The position numbers and the translations under genes are program-made. Shown here piece after piece: positions 42,115 to 51,526 of a stretch of 64,000 bases of DNA (position 1 is its first letter; each line of letters begins with the position of its first letter). This stretch comes from Rubripirellula sp. (GTDB taxonomy: Bacteria > Planctomycetota > Planctomycetia > Pirellulales > Pirellulaceae). The notes under the pieces were generated by a model. That model made no database searches. It was not told the DNA's origin and was given only the letters and a program-made list of their open reading frames with translations. The stretch is taken from contig OZ244207.1 of assembly GCA_965216875.1 (NCBI GenBank), forward strand, positions 3,872,001-3,936,000, given 5' to 3'.

Positions 42115-42429
42115 GTAGCTAGGCTCGCCAGAGCGTGGTGTGGTGGGAAGCGGTCTACTTACGCAACCACCTTCTGGCGAAGGTAGCTACCGGTGCCGCG
42201 GTGAGTTTCTTGTGAGCCGTGATCGCGTAAGCGGCCGGGCCCTCGTCCGTAGCTACGCTCGCCAGAGCGTGGCGTGGTGGAAAGCGGTCTACCTACACAA
42301 CCACCCTCTGGCGAAGGTGGCTAACGGTGGCGCGGTGAGGGAAGGGCCCGAGGCCTCACGGCCAGCGGCTCACGGGTACTGCTAGCCGCGTGTCTGCGAG
42401 GATCGCCTGTCATGCGGAGCATGACCTAC
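42115..42429. repeat. Composite REP cluster: B doublet, A element with nested B doublet, F element
   Basis: B at 42115-42190; A arms at 42212-42240 and 42343-42374 enclose B at 42249-42325; F (TGTCATGCGGAGCATGACCTAC) at 42408-42429. Confidence 0.85.
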
Positions 42430-43748
42430 TGAGCCCGTTTTTCGATCGAAACGAAATCGCGTTCGGTTGCACCGGTGTAGACCTGGCGTGGGCGATTGAT
42501 TCGCTTGGCCGGGTTGGCATGCATTTCACGCCAGTGAGCAATCCAACCTGGCAAACGTCCGATCGCAAACAGCACCGTGAACATTTGGATGGGGATGCCG
42601 AGCGCTCGGTAGATCACACCGGAATAAAAGTCGACGTTGGGATACAACTTGCGCTCGATGAAATACTCATCTTTGAGCGCGACCTCTTCAAGTTGCTGAG
42701 CCACTTCGAACAGCGGATCATCAAGGTCCAACTTGGCGAGAAGTTTATCGCAGCTGGCACGAATGATCGTCGCACGGGGGTCAAAGTTCTTGTAGACGCG
42801 GTGACCGAAGCCCATCAACCGGAAGTTGTTCTCTTTGTCCTTCGCCATATCAACGTACTTTTGAACGTTGCCACCATCGGCGGCAATCTGCTCGAGCATG
42901 TTGACGCATGCTTCGTTCGCACCACCATGCAACGGCCCCCAAAGAGCACCGATGCCAGCTGAGATCGAAGCGAACAAGTTCGCGTTACTGCTACCGACCA
43001 TGCGAACCGTCGACGTGCTGCAGTTCTGTTCGTGATCCGCATGGACGATCAACAACAGATTCAACGCTTCCGCGAAATCAGGATCGACCAAGTAATCGTG
43101 CGCCGGGGTGGCGAACATCATGTGCAAGAAGTTCTCGCAATAGTCCAGCTCGTTGTTTGGGTAGATGAACGGCTGACCCATCGACTTCTTGTAGCTGTAC
43201 GCTGCGATCGTGGGCAACTTGGCCAACAATCGATAGATCGAAATCTCGACCTGCTCTTGGTCGTTCGGATCCATCGAATCTTGATAAAAGGTCGACAGCG
43301 CCCCGACGACACTGCTGAGGATTGCCATCGGATGTGCGTCACGAGGGAAGCCGTTGTAGAACGACCGCATGTCCTCGTGGATCATCGTGTGTTCGCGAAT
43401 CCCGGCGCGGAATTCCGCAGCCTGTTGAGCCGTCGGCAGTTCGCCGTAGATCAACAAAAAGGCCGTCTCGATAAAGTCGGACTGAGCGGCCAATTGCTCG
43501 ATTGGATAGCCACGGTAGCGAAGCACTCCCTTTTCGCCATTGAGGAATGTGATGGCGCTCTGAGTGCTGCCCGTATTCACAAATCCTTCATCGAGAGTGA
43601 CCAATCCCGTTTCTGCTCGCAATCGACCAATATCGATTGCGCGTTCCCCTTCGGTTCCTTCGACGACCGGCAATTCCAATTCTTGTTCTCCGTAGTTCAA
43701 ACGAACAGAGTCAGTATTCTGCAGTTCCAAGTTAGCAGTGGTGCTCAT
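42426..43748 (-). CDS. gltA: Citrate synthase
   Basis: GVLRYRGYPIEQLA, HADHEQNCSTSTVR, LWGPLHGGANEA, LMGFGHRVYKNFDPRA, YPNVDFYSG. Confidence 0.98.
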   Translation of the reverse strand: MSTTANLELQNTDSVRLNYGEQELELPVVEGTEGERAIDIGRLRAETGLVTLDEGFVNTGSTQSAITFLNGEKGVLRYRGYPIEQLAAQSDFIETAFLLIYGELPTAQQAAEFRAGIREHTMIHEDMRSFYNGFPRDAHPMAILSSVVGALSTFYQDSMDPNDQEQVEISIYRLLAKLPTIAAYSYKKSMGQPFIYPNNELDYCENFLHMMFATPAHDYLVDPDFAEALNLLLIVHADHEQNCSTSTVRMVGSSNANLFASISAGIGALWGPLHGGANEACVNMLEQIAADGGNVQKYVDMAKDKENNFRLMGFGHRVYKNFDPRATIIRASCDKLLAKLDLDDPLFEVAQQLEEVALKDEYFIERKLYPNVDFYSGVIYRALGIPIQMFTVLFAIGRLPGWIAHWREMHANPAKRINRPRQVYTGATERDFVSIEKRAQ

Positions 43749-44035
43749 CACAGGACTCAGGGGGCGATATTTCTTTCGTGCGGACGGGATTCCTTTCCCC
43801 AGTTCCAGCAGTTTAGCGGTGACGCAAGCGAGCGACAATCAGCGTGAACCAATGTCGCAGCGCAGGACGACCGAAAAGAGGGCGACAATGGAAAAAAAGA
43901 GGCCCGCCAGCTGGGAATCGGCCGCGAGAAAAATCTTCACCAGTGGAGATGCCCTTAATCGCGGTCGCGCGTCTGGGAATTTGAGCGGGCGGAATGCGAA
44001 AGGTTTGGGTGTCGTGCGAAGAGCGGGGATTGCGA

Positions 44036-44133
44036 AGACAGGGGGACTCGTGGCCTCGTCCACTACGGAGACAGGGGGACTCGTGGCCTCGTCCACTACG
44101 GAGACAGGGGGACTCGTGGCCTCGTCCACTACG
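44036..44133. repeat. Tandem 33-bp repeat x3 containing the family G GTAG-led element
   Basis: AGACAGGGGGACTCGTGGCCTCGTCCACTACGG x3; core also at 10268-10291; reverse complement begins GTAGTGGACGAGGCCACGAGTCC. Confidence 0.9.
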
Positions 44134-44144
44134 TGGATGGGGCG

Positions 44145-45431
44145 TTACCCGGCTTTTTGATCGCTGTGGGATTGGCGGTGGATCCGCATCGACTCAATTT
44201 TGCGGTTGCTCGCTTGCAGAATCTCGATTTCAGCGTCGCCAATCGAAAGCCGGTGCCCCGATTCCGGAATTGCCCCTGTGTTGTAGAGCACGTAACCGGC
44301 GATGGTTTCGTAATCGTCACTCTCGGGCAAATCCCAGTCGAGTGTTTCGTTGAGATCATCAATCATGACACGACCATCCACCTCCACGGTCGATTCATCG
44401 AGGATCACGATTCCGGTTTCTTCATAGTCGTCGGACTCATCGACGATTTCACCCACGATCTCTTCCAGTGCGTCCTCGATCGTGACCACCCCCGCCATCT
44501 GCTGGAATTCATCGAGCACGATTGCCATGTGAGACCGACTGTGCAGAAACTCACGCAATAGAAACTCCACACTTCGGTCGACCGGCACTGTCCAAGGCCT
44601 CCGAATGATCTCGGCAAGCGGCTGGTCAGCAAGTTTCCCCGAAGCGAGGTAGGGCAGTAGGTCCTTGACGTACAAAACGCCAATCACGTTGTCGAGCGTT
44701 CCTTCATAAACGGGAAACCGTGTCCTACCGGCATCGACCACTTTTTCGAGCACCGTCTCCCAACTCGCTTCACTATCGATCGCATCGACATCGCCCCGGC
44801 GAGTCATGATGTGCCCAACGGTGTCTTCATGCAGGGTCATCACTCCCTGAATCATCTCTCGAACGCCGGGGCCAAAGTAGCCTTCGCGTTCCCCTGCTGC
44901 GACGATGGTTCGGATTTCGTCTTCGAGCTGTTCCTCTTCTTCGTCCTCACTCTCCTCGGTACCGGTCAAGCGACGTGTCAGGAACTCGACCAACTCACCG
45001 GGTGCCGACAGTGGTCGCATGACCGAGGAGAGGGTGCGCCAAAACGGCCAACTGTGATAAAGGACTTGGGTCGATGCAAACCGAGTGACCGCTGCTGGTA
45101 TCCAAACGTGAATCAGCATCATCAAGCCACCAGCACCGATGCCCCATGTCAGCATCCGCGTGGTACTTGGTGAACCATCCACAACAAAGATGGCTCCCGT
45201 TCCAGCAATCAAAAAGACGACCGTCCCGATCATCCGCAGGTACTCGCTTCCGCGAATGGCGGCGTCCTGATGGTCCAACACCGCGCCGAATCGCTCGCGG
45301 TTTTTCTTGAGCCGACAGTAGGCTTCCAAGGATCGCCCCGCGAATCGATCAAGCAATTCGCCACCAAGCCCACCAACACTGCTGAGCAGGAATCCAACCA
45401 ACGAAAAGAACCACAACACCGAAGGACTCAC
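44145..45431 (-). CDS. Hemolysin/CorC (TlyC/YbeX-like) CBS-domain protein
   Basis: N-terminal TM region; CBS pair (IMTRRGDV, GRTRFPVY, IGVLYVKDLL, HMAIVLDEF, GVVTIEDALEEIVGEI.DE.D); CorC_HlyC C-terminus. Confidence 0.9.
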   Translation of the reverse strand: MSPSVLWFFSLVGFLLSSVGGLGGELLDRFAGRSLEAYCRLKKNRERFGAVLDHQDAAIRGSEYLRMIGTVVFLIAGTGAIFVVDGSPSTTRMLTWGIGAGGLMMLIHVWIPAAVTRFASTQVLYHSWPFWRTLSSVMRPLSAPGELVEFLTRRLTGTEESEDEEEEQLEDEIRTIVAAGEREGYFGPGVREMIQGVMTLHEDTVGHIMTRRGDVDAIDSEASWETVLEKVVDAGRTRFPVYEGTLDNVIGVLYVKDLLPYLASGKLADQPLAEIIRRPWTVPVDRSVEFLLREFLHSRSHMAIVLDEFQQMAGVVTIEDALEEIVGEIVDESDDYEETGIVILDESTVEVDGRVMIDDLNETLDWDLPESDDYETIAGYVLYNTGAIPESGHRLSIGDAEIEILQASNRKIESMRIHRQSHSDQKAG

Positions 45432-46006
45432 GAAACGTCCTCCGCGGAGCGATCGGGGCGTTGCCCGGTCATTGGTCCAGCCAGCGGTCCGTCGGCTCCG
45501 AATTTTGCGGCGTCGTCGATCCCGAGTTGACGCAGCACCGTCACTTCCGCAATCCGCATCGCCGCGCGACTTTCCGGATCTTGATCGTCCATCCCGGCGA
45601 CGTGCAGCGTGCCGTGAATGGCATACAACATCAACTCACTGGCCCAGGGCCACCCCACACTCTCGCCCTGACTCTTGGCCGTGTCGATGCTGACCACCAT
45701 TTCGCCTTCGATCCGAGGCGTTTCGGCAACATAACCAAAGCTGATCACGTCGGTGGCATAGTCATGGTCAAGATGTTTGGCGTTGAGCTCGCGAATCGTC
45801 GCATCATCGGTGATGCGGAGCCCGATTTCACCACAAAGAAAACCGCGCAGTGCCGCCGCAGCGGTGATCGCGCGACTCAGCGATGGAATGTCCAACCGAT
45901 CATTCACAGTAGCGTCGACCTGGATGTCAACGTGAAGCTTTTCGGCTTGCAGGTCGCCTTGTTGAAGCTTGCTTGTGGGGGATGGTTGCATCGTAGTGGT
46001 GCCCAT
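45428..46006 (-). CDS. ybeY: rRNA maturation endoribonuclease YbeY (start 46006 or 45991)
   Basis: IRELNAKHL..DYATDVISF, GEMVVSIDTA, LYAIHGTLHVAGMDD. Confidence 0.88.
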   Translation of the reverse strand: MGTTTMQPSPTSKLQQGDLQAEKLHVDIQVDATVNDRLDIPSLSRAITAAAALRGFLCGEIGLRITDDATIRELNAKHLDHDYATDVISFGYVAETPRIEGEMVVSIDTAKSQGESVGWPWASELMLYAIHGTLHVAGMDDQDPESRAAMRIAEVTVLRQLGIDDAAKFGADGPLAGPMTGQRPDRSAEDVS

Positions 46007-46041
46007 TCCTTGAAACCTTGGAATGGACGCGGCAGTGGGAA

Positions 46042-48435
46042 TCAGGCGGATTGCTGGCCGGGGTATTTGACCCGCGCGTGGTAGATCGCAGTTAACGATT
46101 TGACAAGACTTTGACGAACGCGGTCGAGTTGCCTGAAGGTCAAACCGCATTCATCAAATTGCCCATCGGACATTTTCTTTTGGGCGATCGAATCGACCAA
46201 GCCTTTGATACGAGCGGGCGTTGGATCGACCAACGTTCGACTCGCACTTTCAACTGCATCGGCAAGCATCATCACCGCCGCTTCAAGCGTCTGTGGCTTT
46301 GGACCAGGGTAGCGAAAATCTTTGTCACTGACCGATTCGCCGTTGGGATCTTCTTCGCTTCGCCGTGCTGCTTCGCGATAAAAGTACTCGACAAGCGTTG
46401 TGCCGTGATGCTGCAAAATGAAATCGATGATCGGCGGTGGCAGATGATGGCTTCGCGCCAAGTCAGCGCCGTCTTTGACGTGTGCGATGATCACAAGCGT
46501 GCTCATCGCCGGCTGCAACGAATCGTGTTGGTTCACACCTGCACTTTGGTTTTCGACAAAGTACTCGGGTTTAAACATCTTCCCGATGTCGTGGAAGTAG
46601 GCACCCACGCGAACGAGCAAACCGTTGGCGCCGATCGCGTCCGCAGCGGCTTCAGCAATCGAAGCAACGTTGATCGAGTGGTTGTAGGTCCCCGGTGCGC
46701 GCTGAGCCAACCGTCGCAAAAGTGGGTGACTTGCATCGCCAAGTTCCAACAAGCTCAAGTCGGTCTGCACGCCGTACGCCTTTTCGACCCAGGGCAAGAT
46801 CCCCGTCATGAAAGTGGCCGAAACCAAGATCAAGAAGCCTGACCAAAACGCTTGCCGAATCAACCCAACAATCACGAGGTCAAACTGCGGACCGTGATAA
46901 CTCGGATCGGGGCTGGCCATCGCAACGCCACTGCTCAGGATCGCGCCACTTGTCACAATCCCCACGCCAACCACCGTCAGAATCGTGATCGCCGCCGATA
47001 TGGCTCCCACGTAAAGCAGGTGTGTACGACTGCGGATGCGGCCGAGCAATAACGTACAGCTCGTGCATGCTGCAGCCATCATGACCAACTCAGCAAGATT
47101 CGCTCCCAAGAAGAGCGTCACGCTGATGCTTGCGGCCGCCATCAACAGCAGCGCCAGTTCTCGGCCGTAAACGACTGCCGCGATGATCGATGCCAACACA
47201 AGCGGAATCAACTCACCCCGCCACTGATCGCGTGAGGCAAAGTAGCTAAGCGTGACCGCCCCGACCATCAAGGTCAGCAGTTTGGCAAACTTCCAACGAT
47301 CAAGTAGCAAGCGTCGATCGTCAACAAAAAAGATGTATGCGCCACACAGCAGGTAGAGTGCCGCGATCATTCCTGCGTACGCGAGCACACGGGCAAGCAT
47401 GTCCGTCCAGGTCAACTGCGAAACAATGCCCTCCCACTCGCGACGAAGCAATGCTCGCGTTTCTTCGTCCAATGGGATGCCGGCTTGGGCCAGCGGCAAA
47501 TTCGCGTTGCCCGCTTTGTAGGTCGTCTTCTCAGGTTGGATTTTCGACGTCGCTTCTTGCCGCGCCTGTTCACTACGAATGTCGTCGTAGGTCAGTGTTT
47601 CAAAGTCGGGCAGACGGGTGACCAGCCAGTCGTACACCATCTGCGAAACTTTGCTGTACTCGTCATCCTCGGCATCAGGGAATTGTGTGCGAAACTGTTC
47701 GCGTAGCCGAGTTCGAATGCCTTCCTTGGCCTGAGCGATTTGTGCGTTGCTGAGTTCGACGAACAAGATATCGTCAGGCTGGCCCGACGGATAAACCCGA
47801 ATCAGTTCCTGGTTACCTTGCCGTGGGTTGTGCTGAAGCCCTTGGAACAGACCGTACTTGTAGTTTTCCGACAGCGCTGTGCCGAGGGCGGTGTCGACCT
47901 TGGAAGGTCCTTCCTCGTTTGCCAGCACCTTCTTAAACAAAGCAAAACGGTCGGCCGGCGCATCGGCTGGCTTGGCATCAGGCTCGTCACTCGCTTCGGG
48001 CTTATAGAACTCGCTGAACGATTCCAGCTCGTCATCACTAAGTTGGTCAAACGCCGGCGCATCGAGCACCTGGAACAATTGGTTTCGCAGTGCGGCGCGA
48101 AGCTGATTGAGCGGTTCCGAGCGATTCTTGTAGAACGCAATCTGCTCGCTGGCCAACTTTTCTTTGGCCAGATTGGTCTTTTGGACATCGATCACATCGA
48201 ACGTGACCCGCGTGATCAAATCGCGTTCAGGAATCTCGCCAGTGCGATACGAAAAGGCGGGCTGCCAAGTCTGGCATGCAAACAGCATCGCAGCGGCTGC
48301 AACCACAGCCATCGCAATACGGATCGCACCATCCGATTTGTCGCTACGCTGCCACCACTCAACAAGCCGTGGTTTTTGAATCCCAAGCGACTCGATGCGT
48401 TCTTTTTGCGATCGTTGTTTACTTGCGCCACTCAT
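46042..48435 (-). CDS. 7TM-HD family phosphohydrolase (PgpH/YqfF-like, putative c-di-AMP phosphodiesterase)
   Basis: Extracellular domain, 7TM region, LLELGD.SHPLLRRL...APGTYNHS, GAYFHDIGKM..P.YFVENQ, QHHGTTLV.YFY, FRYPGPKPQT.EAAV.MLAD.VE. Confidence 0.9.
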   Translation of the reverse strand: MSGASKQRSQKERIESLGIQKPRLVEWWQRSDKSDGAIRIAMAVVAAAAMLFACQTWQPAFSYRTGEIPERDLITRVTFDVIDVQKTNLAKEKLASEQIAFYKNRSEPLNQLRAALRNQLFQVLDAPAFDQLSDDELESFSEFYKPEASDEPDAKPADAPADRFALFKKVLANEEGPSKVDTALGTALSENYKYGLFQGLQHNPRQGNQELIRVYPSGQPDDILFVELSNAQIAQAKEGIRTRLREQFRTQFPDAEDDEYSKVSQMVYDWLVTRLPDFETLTYDDIRSEQARQEATSKIQPEKTTYKAGNANLPLAQAGIPLDEETRALLRREWEGIVSQLTWTDMLARVLAYAGMIAALYLLCGAYIFFVDDRRLLLDRWKFAKLLTLMVGAVTLSYFASRDQWRGELIPLVLASIIAAVVYGRELALLLMAAASISVTLFLGANLAELVMMAAACTSCTLLLGRIRSRTHLLYVGAISAAITILTVVGVGIVTSGAILSSGVAMASPDPSYHGPQFDLVIVGLIRQAFWSGFLILVSATFMTGILPWVEKAYGVQTDLSLLELGDASHPLLRRLAQRAPGTYNHSINVASIAEAAADAIGANGLLVRVGAYFHDIGKMFKPEYFVENQSAGVNQHDSLQPAMSTLVIIAHVKDGADLARSHHLPPPIIDFILQHHGTTLVEYFYREAARRSEEDPNGESVSDKDFRYPGPKPQTLEAAVMMLADAVESASRTLVDPTPARIKGLVDSIAQKKMSDGQFDECGLTFRQLDRVRQSLVKSLTAIYHARVKYPGQQSA

Positions 48436-48532
48436 GGCTGCGAACCAACAATTTCGTTTTCTTCGGGCGCGGCAGACCGAACGGTCACCGCAGAAAACGA
48501 ATCATGCCAAGCAACATTGTCTTGGATGGAGT

Positions 48533-49543
48533 TTATTGGCCCTTGGGGTCCCCATGATTGTGGTTGTCTTGATCGCCGCGTTGATCGCGGTCATCGACAC
48601 TCTCGTAGGCTTCGACGATGCGTTGCACCAATCGATGCCGGACGATGTCGGTGGCGCCGAGTCGCACCAGTCCGATACCGTCAATTTTCCCTAGCCGACG
48701 AAGCGAGTCGCGAAGACCGCTGGTCACACCGCGCGGAAGGTCCAACTGAGTTGTGTCGCCGCTAACGACCATCTTGCTGCGCTCACCCATTCGGGTAAGG
48801 AACATCTTCATTTGAGCGACCGTCGTGTTCTGCGCTTCATCCAAAATGATGAAGGCGTCATTGAGGGTACGCCCACGCATGTAGGCTAGCGGGATGACTT
48901 CGATCACATCCTGCTCCATCAAGTTCCGCGCCTGGTCATAATCGACCATCTCGCCTAGCGCGTCCATGAGCGGTCGCAGGTAGGGATTTAGTTTGGCGCG
49001 AAGATCGCCCGGCAGGAACCCCAAACTTTCACCCGCTTCGACGGCGGGGCGGACGAGCACAATTTTGCGGATCGTTCCCGCCTTAAGTGCTTCGACAGCG
49101 GTTGCGACGGCCAAATACGTCTTTCCGCAACCGGCTGGACCGGTCGCAAAAGTCAGATCGTGATTGCGAATGGCATCGACGTACTTGGCTTGGCCCGGGG
49201 TGCGTGGGCGAATCCGACGTCCCGCATGGTGGATGTCGATATCCTCGCCCAAATTGACTTTCTTTTGGCCGCCACCCACAACGACTGCACCCTCTTCGGA
49301 CGCAGCGGTTTCGACATCGCCGGCGCTCAATTCGCCTTGCTTGCGAGATAGAACACGCAGTTTTTCAAGCGTGCGGGTCGCACGATGGACATCTTCGCCT
49401 TCGCCCGAGATCCGAATGCGGCCATCACGCTGGGTGATCGTCACATCGAATAGTCGTCTCAGTTTTCGGAGGTGTTGATCACGTGGCCCAAATAAAGCGA
49501 GAAGCTCGTCGGGGTTGGTGATCGACAGGGTCGCTTCGGTCAT
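48533..49543 (-). CDS. phoH: PhoH family protein
   Basis: GPAGCGKTYLAVA, RPAVEAGESLGFLPGDL, PLAYMRGRTL, DEAQNTT, DIVRHRLV. Confidence 0.96.
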   Translation of the reverse strand: MTEATLSITNPDELLALFGPRDQHLRKLRRLFDVTITQRDGRIRISGEGEDVHRATRTLEKLRVLSRKQGELSAGDVETAASEEGAVVVGGGQKKVNLGEDIDIHHAGRRIRPRTPGQAKYVDAIRNHDLTFATGPAGCGKTYLAVATAVEALKAGTIRKIVLVRPAVEAGESLGFLPGDLRAKLNPYLRPLMDALGEMVDYDQARNLMEQDVIEVIPLAYMRGRTLNDAFIILDEAQNTTVAQMKMFLTRMGERSKMVVSGDTTQLDLPRGVTSGLRDSLRRLGKIDGIGLVRLGATDIVRHRLVQRIVEAYESVDDRDQRGDQDNHNHGDPKGQ

Positions 49544-49699
49544 CAGTTGCCTGCGAGGAATTCGGAAGTCCGACGGGAATCATTGTAAACGTTCCCAAGG
49601 GGGGTTATACGTCGAAAAGCTCTCCAAAACCGGCCAGTCCCGTCGGCGACTCCGATTTCAACCCAGATTGCCCTGTTTGACGCATAACATCCCGACTAA

Positions 49700-50659
49700 T
49701 CACCAGCCCACCCCCGCCGAAAAACAGAGGTATGCCGGCATGACCGACGCAATCAGCGAATCGGTCACATCCCACACCCCCCCCAAACCGGGCAGCCAGT
49801 TTCCACTATCTTTGGCTCCCGCATCTCGCTTGATCAACGACTCGGCCAAATCACCGACAAGTCCGGCGACTGTCAACAAAGGGCCCAGCAAAAGGGCACC
49901 CCAAAGCGGGTTGGCAAGCAGAGCAATCGATGGTGTCGTTCCGGGCGGAAGCGATGTGCCAGCGATCGCGGGAAAGGCCCAGCGAAGCAAAACGTAGGCA
50001 ACCAGTGACGCTGTGAGCATGCCACCGATCAATCCTTCCCAAGTTTTGCCTGGGCTAAGACGCGGAATCAGTTTGTGTTTTCCAAGGCTCTTTCCCGTAA
50101 AGTAAGCGCCAGCATCGGCGGATTTGGTCACCGCCAACATCGTGATCAAGGCGGCGAGTCCCCAGGTGCCATCACCTAGGCAACGCAGCGCGACCAACAT
50201 CGCCATCGGCAGTCCGACATACAGCGACACGAATACTCCGCCGCAGGTGCGCTCAATTGTTCCCTTCTTTTGTTCCTCTTTTCCGTAGCGCCGCATCTCT
50301 TCAAGCAGCAGTAGAAAGATGGCGGCAATCGCTGCGACCACGATCCACCCCAACTTTCCGACCGGACAATTCACCGGATAGGTCGATCCCACCAACGGCC
50401 ACACAAGCGGGATGGCGGCCGAGATCGCAATCATGAACGTTGCCAACAGCGTGGGCTTGCGCGATACGGGATGGCTGCTTTGGATCAACAGCTGCGACAT
50501 GTCAAACGCAGTCCCAAGCGCAAAGAACATCAACAGCGGTAACAACCAAATGCCTGGCACGCCACCGAGCGGGAACTTGGCATCAAGGAAGATCAACGTC
50601 AGTGCGACGGTGATCAGCACTGCCGAGGACTTAAGTCGCGATTGAAGTTCAGGGCTCAA
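49700..50659 (-). CDS. cdsA: Phosphatidate cytidylyltransferase
   Basis: DAGAYFTGK..GKHKLIPRLSPGKTWEG, GDLAESLIKRDAGAKDSG..LPG.GGVWDVTDS. Confidence 0.93.
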   Translation of the reverse strand: MSPELQSRLKSSAVLITVALTLIFLDAKFPLGGVPGIWLLPLLMFFALGTAFDMSQLLIQSSHPVSRKPTLLATFMIAISAAIPLVWPLVGSTYPVNCPVGKLGWIVVAAIAAIFLLLLEEMRRYGKEEQKKGTIERTCGGVFVSLYVGLPMAMLVALRCLGDGTWGLAALITMLAVTKSADAGAYFTGKSLGKHKLIPRLSPGKTWEGLIGGMLTASLVAYVLLRWAFPAIAGTSLPPGTTPSIALLANPLWGALLLGPLLTVAGLVGDLAESLIKRDAGAKDSGNWLPGLGGVWDVTDSLIASVMPAYLCFSAGVGW

Positions 50660-50771
50660 CGTTTCTTCTAGCTCGACGTTTTTCGGTGGTGGCGGTGCGT
50701 CTTCATGATGGAGCGCGTGAAAAGGTCATTGCACTGCGTGATTGTCATCTGTTGACACTCGGGACACCACG

Positions 50772-51512
50772 TCATTCGTTGACACCCAGGCCACCGAAGC
50801 GGCGTTGTCGCGATGCAAAATCGGCGATCGCGTCGATAAAGTCATTGCGTTCAAATTCGGGCCAACACTTTTCGGTGAAGTGCAATTCGGCGTAACTGAT
50901 TTGCCAAAGCAAAAAGTTGCTCACGCGCGTGTCGCCGCCGGTACGAATCATCAGATCAATCTCAGGCAGCCCCGCCGTGTAGAGCCTTTCGGTGATCGAA
51001 TCTTCGCTGATGTCTTCTTCGGCAAGTTTCCCGCTGCGCACATCTTCGACCGCAACCCTGATCGCTCGGGCAATTTCGTCGCGACCACCATAGTCGATTG
51101 CGAGGACAAGTTTGGTCCCTTGATTGGACGCTGACATTTCGAGCGTCCGATTCATTTCGGCCAAGACATTTTCGGGCAAACGGTCGCGTCGACCAATCAC
51201 CTTTAACTGTAGACCCTGGTCCATGATCGTCCGCCGCTCCTCGACCAAATACTGTTCAAGGAGGTGCATCAAGAAGTCGAGTTCGGCCTGGGGACGCTTC
51301 CAGTTTTCACTCGACAAGCAGTACAGCGTGACCGCCTCGATGCCCAACTCGGTAGCGGTTTCGCTGATCATTCGCACGGTCGAGACACCGCGCCGATGCC
51401 CCTCGATTCGGGGCAGGCCGCGTGATTGTGCCCAGCGGCCGTTGCCATCCATGATGATGGCGATGTGCTTGGGTTGCTCGTCGGCTGGAACCTCGCACGG
51501 CCCGTCCTTCAT
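50772..51512 (-). CDS. uppS: Undecaprenyl/isoprenyl diphosphate synthase
   Basis: PKHIAIIMDGNGRWA, GHRRG, SSENWKRP, YGGRDEI, DLMIRTGGD.RVSNFLLWQISYAE. Confidence 0.96.
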   Translation of the reverse strand: MKDGPCEVPADEQPKHIAIIMDGNGRWAQSRGLPRIEGHRRGVSTVRMISETATELGIEAVTLYCLSSENWKRPQAELDFLMHLLEQYLVEERRTIMDQGLQLKVIGRRDRLPENVLAEMNRTLEMSASNQGTKLVLAIDYGGRDEIARAIRVAVEDVRSGKLAEEDISEDSITERLYTAGLPEIDLMIRTGGDTRVSNFLLWQISYAELHFTEKCWPEFERNDFIDAIADFASRQRRFGGLGVNE

Positions 51513-51526
51513 CGATCGAACCCTTT

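Noticed and set aside
44036..44133. Possible CRISPR array (33-bp repeats)
   Set aside because: Head-to-tail repeats with no spacers
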